Source: Leptogorgia sarmentosa
Lineage: Eukaryota
Reading direction: 5' to 3'
NCBI GenBank assembly: GCA_964658305.1
Contig: OZ210885.1
Coordinates: 12,710,001 to 12,774,000, forward strand
DNA length: 64,000 bases
The stretch's first letter is position 1; each line of letters opens with the position of its first letter. The translations under genes and the position numbers were made by a program. Below, one piece after another: positions 36,547 to 48,634 of the stretch. Below the pieces are notes generated by a model that worked only from the letters and a program-made list of their open reading frames with translations, was not told where the DNA came from and did not search any database.

Positions 36547-39500
36547 CTATGGGTTTACTTAAGTTAATCGGCGAACTAGTTCCAGGTAGCTGGTCCACTC
36601 CGACCCTAAGCGCTGTATTTCGTATCGGAACAATACGAAATAATTATGTGAAATATGAAATATTTATGTGAAAATATGGCAGCTACTTGGGCAGCGAAGT
36701 GACGTATATAGTAAATATCCACTGAGCTAAAGAATTACAATTATAATTATAATGTAATATTATATCTCAGTGTAAATATCCTAAGGTTGGCAACTATTTA
36801 CACTTTTGAAAATACACACACAAAATAAACCCGAAATTTATCAAGAACACAACCGGCTTGAAAAACAACACAAATATAAATTAGGATATTTTTACTAACC
36901 TGTTAGCAACTTTTTTTGTCAAAGTACAGCTTGAACAGTCCACAAACAGACGAAATATTTCAATATTTTGCCGATATTTTGCTTGTAGCTATGCGGGATG
37001 CTTTTATCCTTTTACTGGACACGCTTTTCGAAATAAAACTCGACTGCTCATTGGCTCTTTCAATATCTGTCGTTAGCCAGGAAAACATGAGTGAATGACT
37101 TGTGTCACTATTACCTTTTGACGTTGCACAGCTTCACCCCGGGGACTGAGCCGATCACTAGTTCTTCCTTCAAAATTAGCATGCATAGGAAACAACAGTC
37201 AACTTCCTGTAGGAATAAATTTCGTTTGTCTTTGGCTTTACTGCTACTCGACAATCCTTAACTCAAATTAACAAACAGCTTCACAAACCAATCGAGTTAT
37301 GAAATCATATATGGCACTCATTCATGATCAGGAGACTTGCACAAGCGTACGTTTTTTGCATTTGCCTATCAGCTATCTATACAACATTATGTAAATTGCA
37401 CGCGTGACATTCCGCCAATGTTTTCGTGGCTTTTGATAAGCTCTTCATAGAAGTCGTTTTGCTGCGGCGTTGTCGAGTTAACTTTGTAAAACAGAATTCT
37501 TCTATCCGCCATCTTGCTTTGTCTTCGCCAATACAAGAAAGCGACAATGAGCAGGAAGATGAGTACCAAAACAGCCACAGTAACTCCAGCTATCATTGGT
37601 CCGCTGTTTGAAGATGATTCACCCTGTTTCTTGCCCAGCGTACCATCTAGATTTTACAAACGTTCGAAGATCAAAATTCTTTTCACAACCAGTCTTGAAG
37701 TCTTAAAGAACGTTTCTAAATTATTTATAAAGGCATACGTAGCTATTTCACAGATTTTTCATATCTTAACCTCAATAACGATGGTTTTAACGACGTCACA
37801 TGCGGGATTAGCCTAATAAAATCACTTGTGAGTCACTGAGTAACAATCAAAAGTTGTTTAAAAACGGTAAAAAGCTAAAAACCTTGCGTGAGCCCACTTG
37901 TGAGCTGTAACAATACATGCAGATTGTCACTTTAATACAGGACAGTATTATTTTATACGTTCTTTTAAATAAGACTTTTTGTTGCCATCGCAAAGACATT
38001 CCTTACCTTTGTTACTTGTTGTACTCTTTCTGGTCGTCCCGGATGGACTGGTCTGGCTAGGTTTGCCAGTAGATACAATCCTGATCGTTGGAGAGGGGCT
38101 GGTTTTGCTAGGTGTCGTTCAATTTGATTCGTCGCTATGAACGCAGGATTTGCCATCTTCTCTCAACACCATTCCGTTTGGACAGCGGCAGGTGTGATTT
38201 TTTGCGGAAACGCTTGAAAGCAGGCAGAGATGAGAGCACCCACCGTTATTTCTGGCGCACTGTGTGGGGACTAAAGAAATAAATTTTGTGTATATAATTT
38301 TTCGGTTGCGTTTTCTGTTCAGTTTCACGTACTACACAGTGAAGCGGAGAAAGAAATTAAATCATTCACTGCCTCACCTTGTTTCTGATGCAATGGGTGA
38401 ACAACATTCACACCGGTAGGACTTCTCAAATTGTTTTCAGTTCACCTAATCGTTGGCCAGTTCTTTTGTTGACGGTGAATATGGTGTCAAGCGAATAATC
38501 AGTATAGTACAGACGATCCTCAAACACTGCCAAACCTAGCGGGTGAACAAGTCCTTTGAAGATCAAAGTCTTTCTCGCCGAACCGTCGTATTTGATCGTG
38601 TCTATTCGCTGCGATTTTGTGTCCGCGAAGAACAACCTCTGAGTGATGGTATCTATTGTCAAGGCTGTTGGCCAGACGAGGTCTGTGTCAAGGATAACTT
38701 TGCGAGAAGTGAAATTGCCATCCATACTTGCTCGCTCAATTTTAGGATGTACTCCACCCCAATCTGTCCAGAATATATACCTAGAAGTAAAGAAATCCTC
38801 ATTCGTTTCTATCTAGGCATGTCTAAAGTATTCATTTAATTTTGCTGGTTTATTATTTTTAACTCAAGAACATTCGCTGAAAGTTCGGAAGATTGGTTAA
38901 TTGAAAGCTACATAGCCTACATTTGACAAGAAGTTATGGCTTGCGCACCATCCCAGCTCAAAATATACAGATAAGTAGTAATCCTACCTTTCAAATGGAT
39001 CCAAAGCTATACCGCGCGGCGCGTCTAAGATGACACTGAATAGTTTTAAACCATTCTTGCCATCCGATTCAGAAACTTCAATGGATTTCAATGTTTCATC
39101 GGTCCAATATATTTTCTTTCCAATCCAATCAATGGCCACACCTAGATTTTTAAATTTATATTAACCAACATTAGATTGAAAGAAGGCGTACAAATTTATA
39201 ATATAGAAACATGCAGGTAGCCAACAACATTGACTTAGATCGGTTAAACGTACCATTTGAGTGTATTACTTTCTTAACAACTGTCTCCGCAGTTCCATCA
39301 CCCAATAATCGTGCACGTTCAATCGTTCCATCAAGAATATCACTCCAGTAAACGTATCCATTATTGACATCATGGCCTATGGCAATTGGTGCGTTGCGAT
39401 TTAAAACAACATCACCGTAGTGAATCCCGGATATTGTGAGATTGTGAATGGCATGTTCGCCACCAAAGACAAGATACGCTTGTGGGCCTAGAAAATTTCG

Positions 39501-42500
39501 CAAATAATATACAATCATTAGCAACATATCTTCAATAGTCTTCACGAATCAATGAATCGTCCCCGTCAACCTTTATCAGTTTCATTGCAAACATGTTACG
39601 CCAGGAAAAGGCATACCCAGTGATCTCTCACCTGTCGCTCGACACGTGACATCCTCTTCCTTACGATAACCCTGGACACAACTACATTTGAAGTGTCCTT
39701 TGAAGTTAACACACGTCTGACTGCAGGAGCCATACACCTCTTCGCATTCGTTTAGGTCTGCAATATAAATCATCGTAAAAGTAGCGCACAACATATTATA
39801 GTGACAATGCAGAACCATGCCTCAACGTTCGTACCTTCACATGATCTGCTGTCGTTGGCCAGTTTGTAGCCTTTATTACAATGGCATTCGTAACCAATAG
39901 GAAGATCTTTACATTTGTGAATACAGTGACCATTATGATCAGAACACTCGTCGATTCCTATTAAAATGCAATGTAGATACACAGTTATATATGAGAAAAT
40001 TTACATCCGCATTATAAAAAAATGCATCAAATGAATGTTAGTTTCAACAGAAAAGCGGCAAAGAAAATCAGTAGATCTGTTAACTACATAGTACATAGTA
40101 CATAATACATAATACATAATACATAATACATAGTACGCACATAGTTTTTGCCTTTTTGGGCCTGTATGTGATTCTCTTCCGGTAAGAGAAGCATAATACA
40201 TACCACAGTTAGGTGCTTCATCTTCCCCACGGGGACAATCTCTCAAACCATTGCACACTTTGGGGCTATAGAAAATAGAAAAGTATTTTGATTAACAAAT
40301 ATCATTTAGGAACGTGTTTTAGTTTTGCATGCATTTAACAATCTAACTTACTGACATTTCCTCCTTCCTCTCCTACAGAATTTTGAAGTGCTTACATCAC
40401 ACGGTCTTTCAATGCATGTAAATACAATGAAATTTATTCTCACATCTTTCTCACATTGCATTGCAGCGATTCATTGTTTTGACACTGGCGTGACTTGAGC
40501 ACTTCGAAGGTCTATTGTCATATTTACTTTCTCTCTAATCTTTCGCCTTTCCATGGTCTACTATTTTATAGTCCAACCTACCCATCCCATCCTTACTCCA
40601 AATTCATTCTCAACAGCAAATTACGCCACGTGATTTTCTAGTATGACAAAACTACTTACAGCAATTACTCTCGTCGCTTTTATCAGCACAGTCATCCACA
40701 CCATTACATTTTTTGTCACTGGAGATACACGTCAGATTGTTGGCGCACTTGAACTCCGTGGAGTCACAGACAAGCTCTTTACGTCAAGAAATAATTATTA
40801 TTTCAAATGGATGGATCATGTCATGTTTACATACTGTTCACTCCAGTTTGAGGAGGAAATTGCAAGGAGCTGAAGCCCGAATGTTTGGATAAATAAGCAA
40901 TAAACGATAGTCAGTTACAATAAGTAATTTTATACGTTTTTTGGCTGAAAAAATTTTAAGGCGGAAAATTTGCAAAAAAATATTGAGAAAAAAAGGAAAG
41001 TTACTCCAATCTAAATACTGCGTCATGTCCGTAGTCTGTTACGTCGAATATTTGTTTCCGAAAGTGGCGGAAAGTTACCATACCTGGACAACCATCTTCA
41101 TCACTCTGATCCTCACAATCATGTTCTCTGTCACATTGATATGAACCTTGAATACAGTCGCCATTCCGACATTGAAAGTCATTTGGTCTGCACGTTGTCA
41201 TATTACCTAAACCACAAATTCAACACATTGTTGTATAGCCAGGGTGAGCACCTTACATGATTGGCTGGCTTAAGGTCACATGATATAAGACTGCTATGTA
41301 TATATCCCAGTGGGAACGAGCGAAAAATTGTTGCCCACCCGACAAGTAAGGTAAACAAATGTAAGAAAAGGACGCACCTCTTCATGTGATTCATCAAAAT
41401 ACTTGCATACAGAGTGTCAATATCAAAAACCTTAATCAACATTAGAGTGAATGTAACTTACACGTTTGAGTAGGAGCTTCATCATCTCCGTCAGGGCAAT
41501 CGTTGTGTTTGTCACAGACCCAGGATTCTTCAATGCAACGTCCATTTCTGCATCTGAAGTAACCTGGTCTGCACGTCGTAGGTGGACCTAGAATGAATCG
41601 ACATGCAATTACGATACCTCCCTTGGGCACTCGGACTTCTTCAGTTGCGCTCTCGTACTTTTCGTCACTCGTTCTTTCTAATTATAATACTTACAATCCA
41701 TTTCATCTTCGCCATCCATGCAATCGTCTTCTCCATCGCATTTCCACTTAAGAAGAGTACACGTCTGAGATTTTGTACACTCAATCTCGTCCCAAGAGCA
41801 TGCAAAGTCCTCACGACCTAAGGAGAGAGAAAATGATTGGTTCGAGGTTAGAATACTGCAGGGTCAGTGGGATAAGCGAAAATTTGCACCGTAAAGCCGT
41901 TTTTTCTACAGGGCGAATTTGTTCGCGCGAAAAATTTGGTTCGACGTCTGAACTAGCCTTACACCTGTTGATAACGTAAACAATATATGTTTGTATAATT
42001 AACAAAAAAAAAACAAACAGTGGAATGTTGTTCAGTTTAATGAAGACGTTTTTAATTTTTTGGTCAAAACGGAATGGGTAGGGATAAAACGCTGAAACTG
42101 AAACGCGGAAACGGAAACTGAAAGCGGAAACTGAAATAGGGATAAAACGCTGAAATAGGGATAAAACGCTGAAATGGGGATAAAACGCTGAAATAGGGAT
42201 AAAACACTGAAATGGGGATAAAACGCTGAAATGGGGATAAAACGCTGAAATTTAGTCGAATTCGTTGTTTGCTAGACCATTGCGAACACGTCGAACAAAT
42301 TTAATTTGCCTCAAAACTGAATAAATACATATAACAAACTTTCCGAATTAAGTCAAGAAAAGTAAAATCCAGACAACAGTCACTCGAATACCGTTCAATA
42401 TTGTTAACTGTAAAAGATTGGTCGGCATAATATTGCTGCAAACTGTTGGAAACATGCCGTACAGTACAGACAATAAAGCTCACTTAGCTCAGCACTTTTT

Positions 42501-42689
42501 AACAAACTAGAACAAAATAACACCCAAAGGATCAAAGATGGAAATTTCTCAGCTCCTCGCATGCAAACGTTTAGTGATACCAAATAAAACAGGAAAAAGC
42601 TACCTTCTAGGTTAGGTGTCATGACTGAACAAACTAGAACGAATATATCAATATCAATGTCTACATAACAATATCGACATCATGCTATG

Positions 42690-44315
42690 TCAAATTTGAG
42701 CACCAAAGTCTCGTAAATAGCGCTCATGTTCTGGTTTTAAATAATATCGAAGCCAACTTGGTATAGCTAAGCACGCAGGGTTGAAATATGGCTGCTTCAA
42801 CTTCAGGCACCTCAAATGTACATGGAAATAAACATTTTATTCTTTGTACATCAACTGTCCATCAGGCGTATTAGGTGGTCGAAAACCTCTATTCATGCGT
42901 GTAACAATGGTTAAGTCATATGGTGGACTTGCAACATTCCCGCCTGGTTTCAGCGATTGGGAACATCCAAAGCAGGAGCGAACCAAAGGAGGACAACACT
43001 GTAAAAGACTAACAACAAATGTTCCTACTGGAGGATTTACAGGAGTAGATAATGGGACCTGTTGGAATCCTTGTGGGGTTGCTGTTGTTGGCGGAGGTGT
43101 ACAGACCGGCTGTTGCACTGACGTCATTTGATACGATGCTGGTAGTGTTGCTGTCGTTGGCGGAGGTGTACAGACTGGCTGTTGCGCTGACGTCATTTGA
43201 TACGATGCTGGTAGTGTTGCTGATGCTGGTCGAGGTGTACAGACTGGCTGTTGCGCTGACGTCATTTGATACGATGCTGGTAGTGTTGCTGATGCTGGTC
43301 GAGGTGTACGGACTGGCTGTTGCGCTGACGTCATTTGATACGATGCTGGTAGTGTTGCTGATGCTGGTCGAGGTGCACAGATTGGCTGTCGCGCTGACTC
43401 TCGTTGAGGTGTTTCTGACGTTTGCATAAACAAAGGACGGTCTACTACGGATGAAACAGGTGTTCGCTTTGCTGTTCGTCCTCCCTTTCTTCTCGCCGTG
43501 GATCCTTTACCACCTTTCTTACCTGTCCCACTGCTGCTGTCTGATGTCATCAACGCCGTCATGTTGATTTGGGCTGGACCTTTATTCAGAATCCATTCGA
43601 TGTATTTGGCGATCATGCCACACTTTTCTGCAGCAGCCACCGCATGAGCGCAAATCTTTAACGCTTTCCAATTTGGACAATCTTGGCATGTCACTTTACC
43701 ATTCTTCGCAATACTTACGGAATGAGGCCTTACCGATGTGTAACTTTCAACCACATACGCCATGCCGTCGACTGATCCAGGTGCTTGCAAAATCGATCCA
43801 TTTTTATTGAGCAACTCTTCTGCTTTATGAGATATGGAACGAAGAATCTCTGCAGGAGCGGATTGGATGCCGGATTCCACCAAATCCGTGGAGACACTAA
43901 CTCGTTCTATCGTTGATGAGGGCGATTCAGGAATGACAGAACTGCAGTACCGATTATCATTATCATTCGTTGTTTCCGAGATTTGAGCATCGTGGAATTT
44001 TCGTAGATGTTTGTCGCGCTGATTTGCATTCATTTTGAACCAAGCACTCTGTTGCACTTCAAAGGGTCGGAACTTTGACGCCAAGCGATACGGTCCCTTG
44101 TTTATTACTGCAGAATCTACATCTTCCTTCTGACGGAGAAGCAGCGTACTCATTTCATTGCAAAACTTACTCATCTCGCTCTCGTTGAAATTTACAGCGC
44201 GTTTAATCATGGCGTTGGCAGACTCGGGCATGTTGTTGAAGTATGGTAAAGGAGGATCACCTAATCCGGCGTTGACACGAGTTTCTCTCGACATGCATGA
44301 GATGATCATTTCTGC
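42690..44315 (-). CDS. MULE transposase 3' exon: catalytic Glu, SWIM Zn finger, 23-aa repeats, C-terminal Zn finger (premature stop at 42837-42839)
   Basis: NNMPESANAMIK; VTCQDCPNWKALKICAHAVA (SWIM); SCFGC..KE*NVYFHVHLRC continues in frame to TGA at 42690. Confidence 0.8.
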
Positions 44316-45144
44316 CTATAGATATAAAAGTGGAGAATAGTTTATTCAGATCTTTCTCGTTGAAAATCGATATGCATTTCTTGGTGGCTTGAAGTGGAAA
44401 CGACACCTGATGTAGCCTGTTCCTTTAAATATTTTTCATAATTCTTGGCATAATTTCTATAGAAACGTGCGGTATAAATTTCTGAGGATCTGCCATTTTC
44501 AATGTTCATGATTCGCATTATTTTATATGAAGGTCACGAGAAAACAAACACTATGAAAAACGAAACCTAATGCTGACGACTGCCATTTCAAAACTAGTTG
44601 CAATCCATTGACCATTGATATTTTTATCAAAATGTCTTCGTTGTTATTCTGCAGCGCAGGTAGCTGGAGAAGTTTTGCTGGGCTTCTCCTATTTATGAAG
44701 TCCAGAAAATCCTATTAAATTAATTTGAATATGGCAGACGACTCGGACCCATTGACGAATAAACATTCTTTTTAAATGAATAAACAGTTCTTGATTACCA
44801 ATTATGTACCTTCAAAACAAAAACAACAAACACAATGTGCTCGATAAGATCTTTTTCGCATACTGCTTTTAATTACTAACCCTTTCAGCTATGTAGTCGT
44901 AAAATGTAGCATTAGTGCCAGTTGGTAAATATTCTTGTTCCTTCGCTTTCCACGATTCTTTCACGCTCAATAATTTAGTCATAAAGTCGTCTGCGTTATT
45001 TGCATCTACAAGACCTATATATAATGCAAGATATGAAAGAAAGAAAAATGAACAAATGAGAAGAGTCGTGAAATGTCGCAGTTATGTTAAATGTGAAATG
45101 TCGCAGTTTGATAGTAAGACAGGACCATTTTGGCAAAGAATGAC

Positions 45145-46040
45145 GAACCTTTCTCCCATATCTCGCCAACCTGACGTCCAAATATATCATAAAGGAATTC
45201 TTTTTGCACCTCTTCGGGAACATTAGATGACCGTAGTTTCTCCTTACAATTATCACGGAAGTGATTGAAGCAACGCAGATGCAAAGCGTATGGGAAGCTA
45301 AATTTCATCGCTTTAAATAGCTCTTCCTCGCCATCTGTACCAAATGCAAGGATTCCTCGAGTTCCTTTATTTAAACTGACCATCTTGCTGAAAAACTGAT
45401 TGTAGGAATCGAATGACTTGGTTTGACTTAACAACAGAGGACCAATCATTGTTGGATGTTTGCCAGTTGCTCTGTCAACCACCTTGAGATTGTGAAAAGT
45501 AGTAACTGTGACGTTGAACCGTCCAAGATTGAATGTAGGGTCGGCCCCAAACACTGAAATCTGCGCTGGATCTGTGCAGAATGTAGAGATGTCTTGAAGC
45601 TGCCAATCAAATCCAAGAATACATCGGAATTCTGGAGCGCCAGTTACTTCTCTGATAAATGATTGTTCATCTCGATGAAGTTGTTGACGTTTGCATTGTT
45701 CCAAGAGAATCAACAACGAATCAATGTTATCGAAGTTTTTTGGTTTTGTGCTACCACGTCGGAGATATTTCGCTTGTCCTACATTCCTAGGAAGATCGCT
45801 GATTGAAGAGGCGTTCAATATGCCACCCTGATCCCTATGCACTTTATGGTATGCGTCTTTTGGAAATTTGGAAGTAGCTTCATTTCGCAGTTTTTCGACC
45901 GTGCTTTCCTTCGTTCTTATGTATGCAGGAGCGAGTCGCATATTGCAGTTGCCATGACTGGCTACTTCTACCGGATGCTCATTCCCAGCAAATACATATT
46001 GTAAGAAAATCAAATTGGGAAATTCCACGAAAATATAAAA
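45145..46040 (-). CDS. MULE transposase core exon
   Basis: FGADPTFNLG (D1), AFGTDGEEEL (D2), HLRCFNHFRDN (CxxH). Confidence 0.85.
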
Positions 46041-46109
46041 CTGAAATTAGAAAAAATATTTTGAGGTGATCTAGACAACAAAAATATATAACGACAAAGT
46101 ATACCATAC

Positions 46110-46506
46110 CTACAAGGTATGACGCATACTTATTCAGATCATTAGATGATTTGTTTTTGTAGTATGTTCTCTTTAATGTGTACGTAGTTTCATCTGACGC
46201 CACTTCCTTGTCCTGTTTGATTAGAGAGATTTCTCCATTTCTAATGGCAAATCTGGTATACCCATTACCATTATGTTTCCATGAACCCATGTCGTCACAT
46301 TTCCAGTCGTTGGATGATTGAAGTAGCGTTGTATCGAGAAGAAAACAAACGTTATGTGATACAGATTTGGGTGGCTTTTTGCATAGCAGAGCTTCTTCAA
46401 CTGGTTTTAAAAGGATTTTTAAGACGTCACTTGAGCTGGTATTTTCTGATCCCCACTGGTATACTGGCACAAAATGATCACCTTCATAAGGATCTCCAGC
46501 ATTCCT
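46110..46506 (-). CDS. MULE transposase upstream exon (putative DNA-binding region)
   Basis: PKSVSHNVCFLLD..DWKCDDMGSWKHNG..YTLKRTYYKNKS, bounded by TAG acceptor and GTATGG donor. Confidence 0.7.
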
Positions 46507-47924
46507 ATAGGAACAGTAAATAAATTTATGTTGCCTATGACAAGTGAGATTTATGAAAAATTTGATATTCACAATGATTTTAACCGAATTATATGAAACT
46601 TATTAAAAGCATGCATGAATACGCAAAATGTATAAAAACCGTGCACATATATCGAGTAGTTACCTTCGTAAAACAGGTTCTCCTTCATTTCCACTATCAT
46701 CTGTACTGTCACTGCTTTCTTGTTTCGTTATTGTGCGTAACCTACCAAGAATGAGTGAAAAAAATACAATTGGGTACCAAAATATAATTATGTGCAATAA
46801 ACAACGTATGCGGCTAATGGCGGACAAATATAACTCACTTCTTTACAGGCGGATCGCGGCACTCAATTTCAGAATCCGAATTATCATCAGAAGATACAAT
46901 GATAAGCTGTAATAATGGATAGAAAATGAATAGGCAGACATAGAATAGAAATGACTTTAACTACTAGGTAATTTTTAATACGTAAGTGTCTTTATTCAAT
47001 TTGATAAAATATTATTAGTTACATTTAACGATAAGAACTTCATTTGGTGCTTTCACGAAATCAAAACCGTATTTAACATTTGACGCCATGCAAATATACA
47101 AATATTAAATTGAATAATTCTTTAACAACTTACATCTCTATTGTCTTCAGTTATATTCAAAAGAACAGGAGTCACAATGTCTGATTCAATATCCGAACAG
47201 TCATCAGAAGATAATATGATAACCTACAAAAAAGTACAAATAGAAATGCACGGCATGCACGCATAAAAACGCGTCTCAGAAGACATTTCCTTTAACGAAA
47301 ATTAACATGTTTTGCAACTTGCTATAAACCTAGAAATAGATAGCGAGTATAGAAAATATAATTATATTATATCAGTTTATTTCAAATAATTCAAGAGTTT
47401 TGATTGGTTAAGAGCAGTGCATTAAATCCTCATATACGTTATTATGACGTAATTATGACGTATATTGAAAATTATATGTGAGGACCAAAAAGGCCGAAAC
47501 GGTTCCGTCTGTAGTTATTGGAATTTGAAACTTTGGATGACTTAACCTAACACTATGAAAAGTAACATATTTATGAGCTTACATTCCTATTTTCGTCATC
47601 TTCAATCGTATCGACAAAGTTTTGTGGAACTTCGTTTTTGATATCTTCAGTTTTCATACTAAAATGAGTGGAATACAACAGCAAAATTGAAAAAACGGAA
47701 CCAATTCATTGCGCAAATATACTGAGCTTGAATTTCAAGCAAAAATGCTCGTTTTTGGGCTCCTACGCTGTCAATATGGTATATATTTCTTACTTTCACA
47801 TTCAAACCCGCATGCATAAGAGCTAGCGCTAAACTGTATGAACAGACAATCAGCTTACTTTTCAGTATATGCTCTTTCCAATGAAGAATTAAAAATTCAT
47901 TACCAAATAATTCAACTGACTTAC

Positions 47925-48634
47925 TTCATGATGGCAAAAGACTGCATACTTCCAGTTGTGACTCCTGATTTCTTCAATCTTTTAAGAAGCCATTCGCGAA
48001 TAAACTCTTGGCATTCAGAAAATATCGCCACACCAGTCTTTTCACCACAGGTCTTTTCAACAACGGGATGACTATCAACTAGAAAAACCTTTCCCGCAAC
48101 ACAACCAATCAATAGCACGTACTTGCCACAAGTGTAAATGGCGACAGACATCTTAGAATCACCACTCTGTCTTTGCAAATTGAGCATCGCATTCATAAGC
48201 AACTCTTCCCCATTCGTGGAAAAGACACAACTTGACGATATAATTTCCTCCGTCAGATCATATAACTTGTTCACAACACCAGCTTTTTGTAATATCTGAC
48301 ATGCTTCTTGGGCGTCGTACATTCGATCAGGATCTCTTAACATGTTGAAATATCGAGGAAAGTCATTGATAACCTGTTGTGCGGTCTCGATTATTTTGTC
48401 TTCCATAGGGTGTTGTGAAATGTGCGTCAACTCCGTATCCGATAAAAGCAAATGACCAAGAGTTACGGATATAAAAGCGCATGCATTGACGGCGTTGTTG
48501 TCAAATAATTCTTCGTAGTCAAGCGGAAATCCAGCGGCAAAATCATGGTCAAGGCGCTCAAGTGCTGTGTTCTGACTTACTGATAAAGGAACAACCCGGC
48601 TTACATGCTTGGAATTTGTTTGCACGAGCGACAT
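47925..48634 (-). CDS. MULE 5' exon, putative papain-like cysteine protease (peptidase C76 / herpes tegument DUB-like)
   Basis: 237-aa ORF with NACAFI (Cys) and VFLVDSHP (Asp-x-His). Ends at GTAAGT donor. Confidence 0.55.
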
